Positions 8,976 to 18,463 of a stretch of 64,000 nucleotides of DNA are shown here, piece after piece. The DNA is from Alphaproteobacteria bacterium (GTDB taxonomy: Bacteria; Pseudomonadota; Alphaproteobacteria; UBA7887). Positions within the stretch are counted from its first letter, which is position 1; each line of letters begins with the position of its first letter. Location: assembly GCA_965201115.1 (NCBI GenBank), contig OZ241745.1, forward strand, positions 258,308-322,307, given 5' to 3'. The notes below the pieces were generated by a model that worked only from the letters and a program-made list of their open reading frames with translations, was not told the DNA's origin and searched no databases. The translations under genes were made by a program, and so were the position numbers.

Positions 8976-11900
8976 ATGACCACTGGCGACCGGCGCCCGC
9001 AGGGCTCGAAAAGCGACGACCTGTTCGGCGCAATCGAAGGCATGTTGCGGCGCAGGAGGACGGAGCCGCAGGTCAAGCAGGTATTGACCCGCATTTTCGC
9101 GGCCCTTCGCTGCGACGCCGAGCCCGAATACCGGACGCCGGCCGGCCCCGCCGATTTCTACCTGCCCGCGCGGCGCATCGTCGTCGAGGTCAAGCCCACG
9201 GGAAAGGCCGACCCAGCCGCGACCTACGGCGGCGCGGGCGCCGCGGAGACGCAGCTCGAGCAGCTCACGCGCTACGTTCGCTCGGAGGAGACGCGCGAAA
9301 ACCGGTCCGGCGATGTCTCCGCCGGCAACGTTCCGTGGGTAGGGTTCCTGACCGACGGGCGCCAATGGCGGCGCTACGAATATCCGCGCGACGGCGGCCG
9401 GCCCGCGCTCATGGACGGCCCCGCCCCGGTCCGTTTCCATCCGGGACAGGCGGCTGAACTCGTCGGCTGGCTGGAATCCGCGATCGCGCGCTCCGCCGGA
9501 AAACCCTGGGTTCCCCCTCATCCATACGATATCTTCGAACCTTTCGAGCGCAGGCTGCACGGGATTCACGAACGCCATTGGGCGTCCGGAGGTTCGGTCG
9601 GGCGCGGCGTCGAAACGAAATCGGGCATATGGTACGACATGCTGCGCGCGTCGGGGATGGCGCCCCGAAGCGCGCCGCACAGGCATCGGCTTTTCGTGCA
9701 ACATACCGTGCTGGTAAGCGTCGCCCGGGCGGTGGTGGGGGCCATCGCCGGCGGCGAGGCCGAACAGGATCCCGATTACGCGCTCAGGGACGGTTTCGCA
9801 GCATGGCCGCAAGGGACGGCGGACGGACGAGCCTGGCAGCGGGAGATATTCGAAACCGCGTCCCGCTACGATTGGCGCGGCCGGGCCGGCGATGTTCTGA
9901 GGACGTTGTACGAAGACGTAATCCCTTCGGAAGATCGCAAGGCTTACGGCGAGTATTATACGCCCGATTGGCTGGCCGCGATGCTCGCGGACGAAATTCT
10001 CGATGATCGGTGGGCGAACGACAGCGCGTCGCGCGCGCTTGCGCCGGGCGATGACCTGTCGGGATGCGGCGTTCTGGACCCCGCCTGCGGGTCGGGGACG
10101 TTTCTGTACCACGCGGCCCGGAAGGTTCTTCGCGCGCAACCGCTTCGATCCAGGGAGTTGACCGGCACGCAAAAAGCCGATGTCGCGGCGGCTCTTGTAC
10201 ACGGTATCGACGTGCATCCGGTCGCCGTCGAAATTGCGCGGGCGACCCTGCTTCGGGCTCTCCCCGCCGCGCCGAGCGGCGGAACGGCCGCGCTGCGCGT
10301 CTATCAGGGCGATTCGCTGGTCGTCCGGCGGGGGCAAAACCCGCTCCTCGAGGAGGGGGAAGGAAAGTTTACCGTTTTTGCGAAAAGCGGGCAATTCGTC
10401 TTGCCCGGCGCTTTCGTGCGCCGGCCCGATTTCTCCCGGGATATCCGGCGGCTGGTCGAAAGCGCGAGCCAAGGCTCCGATCTGCCCCGCGATCTCGCGA
10501 GCCGGAATACGCGCGGGGAATCCCGACCGATCGAAGAGGCGCACGAGAGCCTGCGGAACATATGCCGGCGCGAAGGCAATTCCGTGTGGGCGTGGCTCGT
10601 TATTAATATCGTCGCTCCCACGCTGCTGGCCGAACGCAAGGTGGATCGGATCGTGGCGAACCCGCCCTGGGTCGTCATGAACGACGTACAAGTGGAGGAT
10701 CGCAAAAGCGAGTTCCAGTCTCTTGCCAGGGAGCTTGGCGTATGGACCGGCGGAAAGGGCGCCGCGCGCGCGGATATCGCCGCCGTGTTCATCTCCCGAT
10801 GCAGCGACTTGTACCTTGGCGAGAATGGGCGGGCGGCATGGCTGGCGAACCGCGCGTCGATCGCAAGCGACAGCTGGAAGGGGTTTCGCGAGGAATGCGG
10901 CGCGCGCATGCGCGAGGTTCTCGATCTATCGGAGATAAGGGAACCGCCGTTTACGGGCGCGGCGTCGTGCGCGTGGATCGAAGACAAATCGCGCCCCGCC
11001 GCCGGAATCGCGCGGCGTATCGTCGGAACGTCCGATAATTCCCGGATACCGCGCGATGCGCACTGGGAAGACATAAAGGGCAAAATCGCGCGGGCCGATC
11101 CCCCGCCGCGGATCCCCGCCGGCCCATCGGGTTACCTCGATCGGCAGGGGAAACCCTTGTTTCGCGCGGGATGCAATCTCTTCCCGCAAAACCTCGTATG
11201 CATCGCGAAAATCCAGCGGCGCGGCGATGGCGCGGCATCTTTCGTCACGCGCGGCGCGCGCCACAAGCCCTGGAAGGACGCCGGCAATCTCCAGGGGGTT
11301 GTCCCCGGCGAGCAGATTGTAGAGGGGATATTGCCCGACGATCTGCTGCCGTTCGCGCTTCGGAATCCGGCGACCGCATGCGTGTTGCCGATTCGAAACG
11401 GAGAACTGTCGGAAGAAGCGTTGCGTTCGGAAAGCTACTGGCGCAAGGCGAGCGCGCTGTACGACGATAACCGCGGCGCCCGCGCGCCGAAAACGCTTGT
11501 CGGACATTTGAATTATCAGGGGAACCTGGCGCGGCAACTCCCGTTGTCCAGGGGCGGGAGATCGGTGGTAATCTACAACGGATCGGGGAAACTCTTGCGC
11601 GCGGCCCGCGGCGACGGGTCCGCTCTGGCCGAACATAAATGCTACTGGCGCAGGTGCGCCGGCGCGGACGAAGCGGCGTATATCGTCGCCTGTCTCAATG
11701 CCGACGCGCTTCAGGCGGCGTTCGGACAGGCGCGAAAGAACGACAGGGATTTCGAAGCGCATTTCTGGAAGGATGTTCCCATACCGCTGTTCGACCGGGA
11801 AGATCCCGCGCATCGGAAGCTGGCGGAGTTGTGCGGGAAAGCGGAGGACGCGGCGAAGCGCGTACGGGACGCGGCGGGACGTTGGCGCGCCGAAACCCAG

Positions 11901-12029
11901 GTAACTCTCTCGCGCGCGATCAGGGAGCGGCTGCGCGCGGAAGGCATTGCCGAAGAAATCGACGCGTGCGTTCGAACGCTCGCGCCGGCCCTGTTTTCGG
12001 CGGCGGACGCGCCGGCCGGTCGTCTGTAG
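8976..12029 (+). CDS. MmeI-family Type IIL restriction-modification enzyme (fused PD-ExK endonuclease + gamma-class N6-adenine methyltransferase + target-recognition domain)
   Basis: N-terminal ADFYLPARRIVVEVK fits the MmeI D-X(9-10)-E-X-K nuclease motif. MTase motifs are GEYYTPDWLAAML (X), LDPACGSGTFL (I) and VANPPWV (IV). About 1018 aa from MTTGD (a GGAG lies 10 nt upstream). The track ORF begins at 8835, but that earlier N-terminus is low-complexity. Confidence 0.7.
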   Translation: MTTGDRRPQGSKSDDLFGAIEGMLRRRRTEPQVKQVLTRIFAALRCDAEPEYRTPAGPADFYLPARRIVVEVKPTGKADPAATYGGAGAAETQLEQLTRYVRSEETRENRSGDVSAGNVPWVGFLTDGRQWRRYEYPRDGGRPALMDGPAPVRFHPGQAAELVGWLESAIARSAGKPWVPPHPYDIFEPFERRLHGIHERHWASGGSVGRGVETKSGIWYDMLRASGMAPRSAPHRHRLFVQHTVLVSVARAVVGAIAGGEAEQDPDYALRDGFAAWPQGTADGRAWQREIFETASRYDWRGRAGDVLRTLYEDVIPSEDRKAYGEYYTPDWLAAMLADEILDDRWANDSASRALAPGDDLSGCGVLDPACGSGTFLYHAARKVLRAQPLRSRELTGTQKADVAAALVHGIDVHPVAVEIARATLLRALPAAPSGGTAALRVYQGDSLVVRRGQNPLLEEGEGKFTVFAKSGQFVLPGAFVRRPDFSRDIRRLVESASQGSDLPRDLASRNTRGESRPIEEAHESLRNICRREGNSVWAWLVINIVAPTLLAERKVDRIVANPPWVVMNDVQVEDRKSEFQSLARELGVWTGGKGAARADIAAVFISRCSDLYLGENGRAAWLANRASIASDSWKGFREECGARMREVLDLSEIREPPFTGAASCAWIEDKSRPAAGIARRIVGTSDNSRIPRDAHWEDIKGKIARADPPPRIPAGPSGYLDRQGKPLFRAGCNLFPQNLVCIAKIQRRGDGAASFVTRGARHKPWKDAGNLQGVVPGEQIVEGILPDDLLPFALRNPATACVLPIRNGELSEEALRSESYWRKASALYDDNRGARAPKTLVGHLNYQGNLARQLPLSRGGRSVVIYNGSGKLLRAARGDGSALAEHKCYWRRCAGADEAAYIVACLNADALQAAFGQARKNDRDFEAHFWKDVPIPLFDREDPAHRKLAELCGKAEDAAKRVRDAAGRWRAETQVTLSRAIRERLRAEGIAEEIDACVRTLAPALFSAADAPAGRL

Positions 12030-12142
12030 CCCGGACCGCGCCGGCGAAACGCCGGCGGCGCCCCCCGGCGGATCGAACGGCGCGGGCGCGCGGCCCGGAA
12101 TGCCGATAATCCTTGGGCATGGCCGCCGCCGCGTCCCGCGGG

Positions 12143-12171
12143 TTGCGGGTTCGCGCGCGGGCGCGTATATT
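12143..12171 (+). promoter_or_regulatory. candidate sigma70 promoter for tRNA-Asn (TTGCGG-N17-TATATT)
   Basis: -35/-10-like hexamers with 17-nt spacing about 70 nt upstream of the mature tRNA 5' end. Coordinates are approximate. Confidence 0.3.
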
Positions 12172-12241
12172 GCGAACGGCGAATCGCGCCGCGCGCTGGC
12201 GCGGCCGCGCGCGCCACGCTACAGTGCGCGGCGGCAAGCGT

Positions 12242-12317
12242 TCCCCGGTAGCTCAGTTGGTAGAGCGGGTGGCTGTTAACCACTAGGTCGCTGGTTCGAG
12301 TCCGGCCCGGGGAGCCA
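12242..12317 (+). tRNA. tRNA-Asn (GTT)
   Basis: TCCCCGGTAGCTCAGTTGGTAGAGC...GGCTGTTAACC...GGTTCGAGTCC...GGGGAGCCA: cloverleaf with a GTT anticodon and CCA end. Confidence 0.9.
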
Positions 12318-12323
12318 CCTTGC

Positions 12324-12494
12324 CTCAGTGTCTGTACCGAAATACTTACCCCGCCGAAGGCGGGGCCCGGGACCGCGGGCATCCTGCCCGCACGTTCCCG
12401 CAAGGCGCGATGTCGGCGGGGAAGCGCGAACGGACAAGACGCCCGCCGGTTCCCACCGTCCCGATAACCGCCGAATTCCGGTACAGACTCTCAG
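12324..12494. mobile_element. MITE-like element (171 bp): IS5/IS427-type terminal inverted repeats flanking a REP-like palindromic core
   Basis: TIR-L ctcagtgtctgtaccgaaat (12324-12343) and TIR-R attccggtacagactctcag (12475-12494) are about 17/20 complementary. A near-identical terminus, atttcggtacagactctgag, closes the IS5 remnant at ~22502. The REP core ccccgccgaaggcggggcccgggaccgcgggcatcctgcccgcacgttcccgcaag lies at 12352-12410 (approx). Confidence 0.5.
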
Positions 12495-13396
12495 CGATTC
12501 GATGTCGAGGGCTCGAACGCAGCCGCGCGTTCGTCGGGGCCGGTCTTGGCGAGCTCGGTCGCCGGATCGCCGGCCACGCGGGTGTGGCGCAGGATGCGGA
12601 TTTCGCCGTAGTCGTAGGGCCGCGCCCGGTGCAGCACGCAGCGGTTGTCCCAGATCGCGGCATCGCCGGGGCGCCACTCGTGCCGCCAAACCCGCGGCGG
12701 GCGGCAGGCCCGATCGACAAGCCCGTCGAGCAGCGCCCGCGCCTCCGCGTCGTCGAGGCCCGGAATCCGGTAGGCGTGCCGGCCGATAAACAGCGATTTG
12801 CGCCCTGTCGCCGGGTGCGTCTTGACCAATGGCCTGAGCGGGGCGCCCTTGGTGTGATAGCCGTAGCCCGCGCCGGTTTCGATCTCGTAGCCCAGTTTCG
12901 CCTGCGACTGATAGAGCGAGTGGTATGCGCTCAGGCCCGAAACCCGCGCGCGCTCATCCGCGTCCAGCGCGTCGTAGGCGGCGCGCATGTCGGCCCACTC
13001 GGTTTCGCCGCCCCACGACGGAACGGTCTGCGCCGACAGCACCGAGGCCTTCGCCGCGAGCGGCATGTACGAACTGTCGGTATGCCAACCCTCGTTGCCG
13101 CGGAGCGTCTTGTAGCGGAACTCGCCGGGGCCGAAGGTTTCGCCGTTGTCCTTGCGGTTGCCGATCGTCACCGCCTTTGCGTCGGGGTCGTCGCGCAGCA
13201 ACTCGAGCTCGCCGAAGCGGCGGGCGAACGCGATCTGCTCGTTCTCGCTCATGTTTTGGCCGGGGAAGATCAGCACGCCGTATTCGTGAAAGGCGTCCTC
13301 GACGGCGCGCCACGCGCCGCCGTCCATGGCGGCGAGCGCGATTCCGGTCACGGTCGCGCCCAGCGTGGCGCCCGTCGGCGTAACGATCGGTTGCAC
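12491..13396 (-). CDS. TauD/TfdA-family alpha-ketoglutarate-dependent dioxygenase (taurine dioxygenase-like)
   Basis: 301 aa. HTD facial-triad context (GWHTDSSY), ...H late in the protein, RxxxR C-terminal motif. GTG start with a GGGAGGA Shine-Dalgarno sequence. The stop codon lies inside MITE TIR-R. Confidence 0.8.
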   Translation of the reverse strand: MQPIVTPTGATLGATVTGIALAAMDGGAWRAVEDAFHEYGVLIFPGQNMSENEQIAFARRFGELELLRDDPDAKAVTIGNRKDNGETFGPGEFRYKTLRGNEGWHTDSSYMPLAAKASVLSAQTVPSWGGETEWADMRAAYDALDADERARVSGLSAYHSLYQSQAKLGYEIETGAGYGYHTKGAPLRPLVKTHPATGRKSLFIGRHAYRIPGLDDAEARALLDGLVDRACRPPRVWRHEWRPGDAAIWDNRCVLHRARPYDYGEIRILRHTRVAGDPATELAKTGPDERAAAFEPSTSNR

Positions 13397-13434
13397 GATG
13401 CGTCCTCCCGGCGGCGCGGCCCGCGCCGTCGAAC

Positions 13435-13510
13435 TGGCGTCCCCTACGGGACTCGAACCCGTGTTTTCGGCGTGAGAGGCCGATGTCCTGGACCGCTAGA
13501 CGAAGGGGAC
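13435..13510 (-). tRNA. tRNA-Glu (CTC)
   Basis: The reverse complement reads GTCCCCTTCGTCTAGCGGTCCAGGACATCGGCCTCTCACGCCGAAAACACGGGTTCGAGTCCCGTAGGGGACGCCA, closely matching the canonical tRNA-Glu architecture with a CUC anticodon. Confidence 0.9.
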
Positions 13511-13735
13511 CCCGTTGGCGTCGCCGCGCAGCATACCGGCCCGGCCGCCCCGCCGCAAGCCCGGCGTTCTTCGCGGCGCGCAAACGCGCCGAAGGCCGCC
13601 ATGAGGGCCGCGCCGCCCGCAACGCCCTGCCGGCGCCGCGCCGCGCGAATCGGGCGGCAGGGTTTGACCGCGCGCGCCGGGCGCGCTACAACGCGCCCCG
13701 CCCGCGGCTGCCGCGGCGCCTCGACGGGAGTACAC

Positions 13736-14350
13736 ATGAGCAAGCGCAGAACCTCGAAATACAAACTCGACCGCCGGCTGGGGGTCAATCTCTGGGGCCG
13801 GGCGAAGAGCCCGATCGACCGCCGCGAATACGGCCCGGGCGAACACGGCCAGCGCCGCCGGAAAATATCGGACTTCGGCGCGCAGCTGCTCGCGAAGCAG
13901 CGGCTCAAGGGCCATTACGGCGAAATCTCCGAGAAACAGTTCCGCCGCATCTACGCCGAGGCCGTGCGGCGGCGCGGCGACACGGTCGAAAACCTGGTCG
14001 GCCTGCTTGAGCGCCGCCTCGACATGGTCGTCTATCGCATGAATTTCGCCCCGACGATCTTCGCCGCGCGCCAGATCGTCAACCACGGGCATATCCACGT
14101 AAACGGCGTGCGGGTCACCGTGCCCAGCTACCGCGTGAGCGACGGCGACACGGTCGAGGTGCGCGCCAAGTCGAAGCAGCACCCGCTCATCATGGACGCG
14201 GCGCAAAACCCCGAACGCGACGTGCCGGACTATTTCGAAGTCGATCCCGACAAGCTCAGGGGCTCGATGCTGCGCCAGCCGCTGTTCGGCGACATCCCCT
14301 ATCCGGTGCAGATGGAGCCGAACCTCGTCATCGAATACTACTCGCGCTAG
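13736..14350 (+). CDS. rpsD: 30S ribosomal protein S4
   Basis: 204 aa. [26 protein letters not shown]...[16 protein letters not shown] is highly conserved S4. GGGAG Shine-Dalgarno sequence; ATG approx 13736. Confidence 0.95.
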   Translation: MSKRRTSKYKLDRRLGVNLWGRAKSPIDRREYGPGEHGQRRRKISDFGAQLLAKQRLKGHYGEISEKQFRRIYAEAVRRRGDTVENLVGLLERRLDMVVYRMNFAPTIFAARQIVNHGHIHVNGVRVTVPSYRVSDGDTVEVRAKSKQHPLIMDAAQNPERDVPDYFEVDPDKLRGSMLRQPLFGDIPYPVQMEPNLVIEYYSR

Positions 14351-14371
14351 CGCCGCACCGCGCGCGCGGGT

Positions 14372-14448
14372 TGGTCGGGGCGGCCGGATTCGAACCGGCG
14401 ACCCTCTGCTCCCAAAGCAGATGCGCTGCCAGGCTGCGCCACGCCCCG
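14372..14448 (-). tRNA. tRNA-Pro (TGG)
   Basis: The reverse complement reads CGGGGCGTGGCGCAGCCTGGCAGCGCATCTGCTTTGGGAGCAGAGGGTCGCCGGTTCGAATCCGGCCGCCCCGACCA, with a UGG anticodon. Confidence 0.9.
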
Positions 14449-14807
14449 ACGCGCCCCCAGCAATGACGTAACCCCCCGCGCGCCGCCGCGCAAGCGCAAC
14501 CCGGCGGCGGCGCCCTTCCCGGGGCCGCGGGCGGGCCGCCGAAGCGCGGACAAGACGCCCGCGGTTCCGGGAGGCATTGCGCAACGGCGCGCCGGCACGG
14601 TACGGTGCGCGGTGGCGGCGCGATTCCCGTCGTCCGGCGCGTCCGGAACATTGGCCTTTCGCGCCGAAAAGCATGGGAACGACGCCCGCAAGGGACGCCG
14701 GTTCCGCGGCGCCGTCCGCGCCGCAAGGAGGGCGCATCGTGCAGCCGACCATTGTGCCTCGGAGCGCGGTCGCGACCGGTCCCGCGCGCGCCGGACAAGG
14801 ACTCGTC

Positions 14808-15254
14808 ATGGCGATTCGGAGCTTCGCGCCGGCGGTCGCAATCGTGGTCGCAATCCTGGCCGCGACGGTCCCGGCCCGCGCCGATGGCGAACGACCCGAA
14901 CGCTGGTACGATCCGTCCCGGGTCGAGTCGGGACGGGAAGTCTATGCGCGGAACTGCGCAGTCTGTCACGGCGCACGCGGCGAAGCCGTTTCGGACTGGA
15001 GAAGCAGGGACGCGGACGGGGCGTTTCCCCCGCCGCCGCTCAACGGCAGCGCCCATACGTGGCATCACCCGTTCGGGGTACTCGCGCGGCAGATCAAGTT
15101 CGGCGCGCCCGAGGGGGCGGGAACGATGCCGGCGTTCCAGGGCGAGCTCACCGACGAGGAGATCGTCGACGTCATCGCATGGTTCCAGAGCCTGTGGCCC
15201 GACGAGATCTACGCGCGGTGGTGGGAGATCCAGCAACAGGCGTCACGGCAATGA
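14808..15254 (+). CDS. c-type cytochrome (mono-haem, CxxCH), periplasmic
   Basis: MAIRSFAPAVAIVVAILAATVPARA signal peptide. Single CAVCH haem-binding motif, then GTMPAF with a methionine ligand. AAGGA Shine-Dalgarno sequence. Confidence 0.7.
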   Translation: MAIRSFAPAVAIVVAILAATVPARADGERPERWYDPSRVESGREVYARNCAVCHGARGEAVSDWRSRDADGAFPPPPLNGSAHTWHHPFGVLARQIKFGAPEGAGTMPAFQGELTDEEIVDVIAWFQSLWPDEIYARWWEIQQQASRQ

Positions 15255-15269
15255 GGCGGGAATAGCCGG

Positions 15270-15300
15270 CGCGCCGCTTCTTTCGGGAGTTCCCGAAATG
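15270..15300. terminator. 18-bp perfect palindrome TTTCGGGAGTTCCCGAAA between convergent genes (hairpin or protein-binding site)
   Basis: Inverted repeat tttcggga/tcccgaaa at approx 15281-15298, 27 nt after the cytochrome c stop and upstream of the 3' end of the minus-strand SDR gene. No U-tract follows. Confidence 0.3.
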
Positions 15301-15378
15301 TCCCGGATTCGTTCGCTAGAAACGCCGGACGGCAAGCCGCGCCGAAGACCGCCCGCGGCGCCACGGCGCAAACCTCCG

Positions 15379-16161
15379 TTACGCCGCCGGCGCGCGCGCC
15401 GCGAGGCCGCCGTCGAGCGCATACACCGCGCCGCTGATATACGACGCGCGCGGCGAGGCGAGAAACACCGCGAGATCCGCTACTTCCTCGGGGCGCGCGG
15501 CGCGGCCCAGCGGCAGGTTCGTCGTCAGCTCCCGCCACCGCTCCGCGTCGCCCAGCGTATCCGCGGCGCGCGTGCGCAGCAGCGTGACCATGCGGTCGGT
15601 CTCGACGAACCCGGGATTGACCCCCGCAACGCGCACCCCCTTTTCCAGGCTCGTGGAGCCCAGCGCCCGCGTGAACGCCATCAACCCCGCGTTCGCCGTG
15701 CTACCCGCGATGTAGTTCGCGTCCAGCCGCTCGCCCGCCAGGCCGATGATATTGACGATGACGCCCGCGCCGCGCGCGCTCATGCGCCCGTGGACCGCGC
15801 GGCACAGGTTGATGTAGCCGAAAAGCTTGAGGTCCCACGCTTCGCGCCACCGCGCCTCGTCGATCGCCGCCAGCGGTCCGCCGGGGATCGCGCCCGCGTT
15901 GTTGACGAGAATGTCGATCTCGCCGGCAGCCTCGGCGAGCGCCGCCTGCGCCGCCGATTCGGACAGATCGCACGCATGGACCGTAACCGAAACCTGGTGC
16001 GCCCCCATGATGTCGGCGCGGGTTTTCTCCAGCGCTTCCGCTCCGCGCGCCGCGAGATGAAGGTGGACTCCCTCCGCCGCCAGCGCCAGCGCGACCGCGC
16101 GCCCGATCCCCTTCGACCCGCCGGTAACGAGCGCTGTCTTGCCCGCCAGCTCCAGTTCCAT
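15379..16161 (-). CDS. SDR-family oxidoreductase
   Basis: TALVTGGSKGIGRA, NNAG, and an S...YxxxK-type catalytic region (YIAGSTANAG); 260 aa. Confidence 0.85.
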   Translation of the reverse strand: MELELAGKTALVTGGSKGIGRAVALALAAEGVHLHLAARGAEALEKTRADIMGAHQVSVTVHACDLSESAAQAALAEAAGEIDILVNNAGAIPGGPLAAIDEARWREAWDLKLFGYINLCRAVHGRMSARGAGVIVNIIGLAGERLDANYIAGSTANAGLMAFTRALGSTSLEKGVRVAGVNPGFVETDRMVTLLRTRAADTLGDAERWRELTTNLPLGRAARPEEVADLAVFLASPRASYISGAVYALDGGLAARAPAA

Positions 16162-16270
16162 GACCGCTTCTCCCCCGTTGGCCGGCCGCCAGTTTCGCCC
16201 GTCCCGCCCGCGCGCGCAACCGCCCGCCGGCCCCGGAAGCGCCGGCGCTTCCGGGGGCGCGAATCGGCGG

Positions 16271-16954
16271 CTATCCGCGGCGCGCCCGCTCTCCGTGCAG
16301 CCACGCGATGAACGCGGCCCCCGCGAGCGCCCCCGCCGCCTGCGCCGCGATGAAAGCCGGCGCGTCGATGGGGCGGATGCCCGCGAAACTGTCGGTAAGC
16401 GCGCGCGCCGCCGTCACCGCCGGATTGGCGAAGCAGGTCGACGACGTAAACCAGTAGCCCGCGACGATGAACAGCCCCACGGCCCACGGAACCGCCTCGG
16501 CGCGCGCCTTGAGGCAACCGAAAATCGCCGCCGCCAGCCCGAACGCCGCCACCGCCTCGGCGGCCCACTGGCCGGCGCCGGTGCGCGCCTTGCCGCCGAA
16601 CGCCAGCAGCGGCTCCGAAAACATGAAATGCGCGAGCATGACGCCGACTGCCGCGCCGAGCGTTTGCGCGGCGGCGTAGCACAAGGCGATTCGCGGCCCC
16701 ATCCCGCGCCGCGCCGCAAAGCACAGCGTGATGGCCGGGTTGAAATGCGCGCCCGAAACCGGCCCGAACACCAGTATCAGAACGACCAGTATCGCGCCCG
16801 TGGCGAGCGTATTGCCGAGCAGCGCCACCGCCTCGTTCCCGCCCGCCAGCCGCTCGGCCATGATCCCCGACCCGACGACGCCGGCGAGCAACAGCGCCGT
16901 CCCCGCCCCTTCCGCCGCCAACCGCCGCCGCACCGGTATCGCTTCGCAACCCAT
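16271..16954 (-). CDS. MIP-family channel (aquaporin/glycerol-facilitator-like)
   Basis: Two NPA boxes (HFNPAITL and FANPAVTAAR), six predicted TM helices, 227 aa. Confidence 0.85.
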   Translation of the reverse strand: MGCEAIPVRRRLAAEGAGTALLLAGVVGSGIMAERLAGGNEAVALLGNTLATGAILVVLILVFGPVSGAHFNPAITLCFAARRGMGPRIALCYAAAQTLGAAVGVMLAHFMFSEPLLAFGGKARTGAGQWAAEAVAAFGLAAAIFGCLKARAEAVPWAVGLFIVAGYWFTSSTCFANPAVTAARALTDSFAGIRPIDAPAFIAAQAAGALAGAAFIAWLHGERARRG

Positions 16955-17039
16955 TGCCGCGCCCCTCCTTCATGAGTCCGCCCCTGCATACGCGCCCCGC
17001 GTTACAACGGTGTGAAAGTCTCGATTGGCGGAATGCCCG

Positions 17040-17110
17040 GGCGCCATCGCGCCGCGGGCGCGGACTGCCCGGGACCGCGGGCGTCTCGCCCGCACGTCTC
17101 CGCCGCGCCG
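17040..17110. repeat. REP-like GC-rich palindromic repeat, variant B (gcgcggactgcccgggaccgcgggcgtctcgcccgcacgtctccg)
   Basis: Shares the cccgggaccgcgggc(a/g)tc...cccgcacgt(c/t)(c/t)ccg core with copies at about 29590, 41385, 12352, 20563, 56316-56870 and 62976-63463. Confidence 0.5.
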
Positions 17111-17198
17111 AACGCCGCCGAGAGGGGCGCGGCAGGCGCGCTTTCCGCCAACCCCCCCGGTTTTCCCGCCGCTTGCGCCCGCGCCGCCGCCGCCGTAA

Positions 17199-18437
<1,239 letters not shown>

Positions 18438-18463
18438 CGCCCCGCGACCCGAGGAACGCCGCC

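Noticed and set aside
8784-10691. 635-aa minus-strand ORF and other long ORFs overlapping the MmeI-like gene (for example 10926..11813, 10304..11083)
   Set aside because: Opposite-strand shadows of the RM enzyme gene, with Arg/Pro-rich composition and no motifs.
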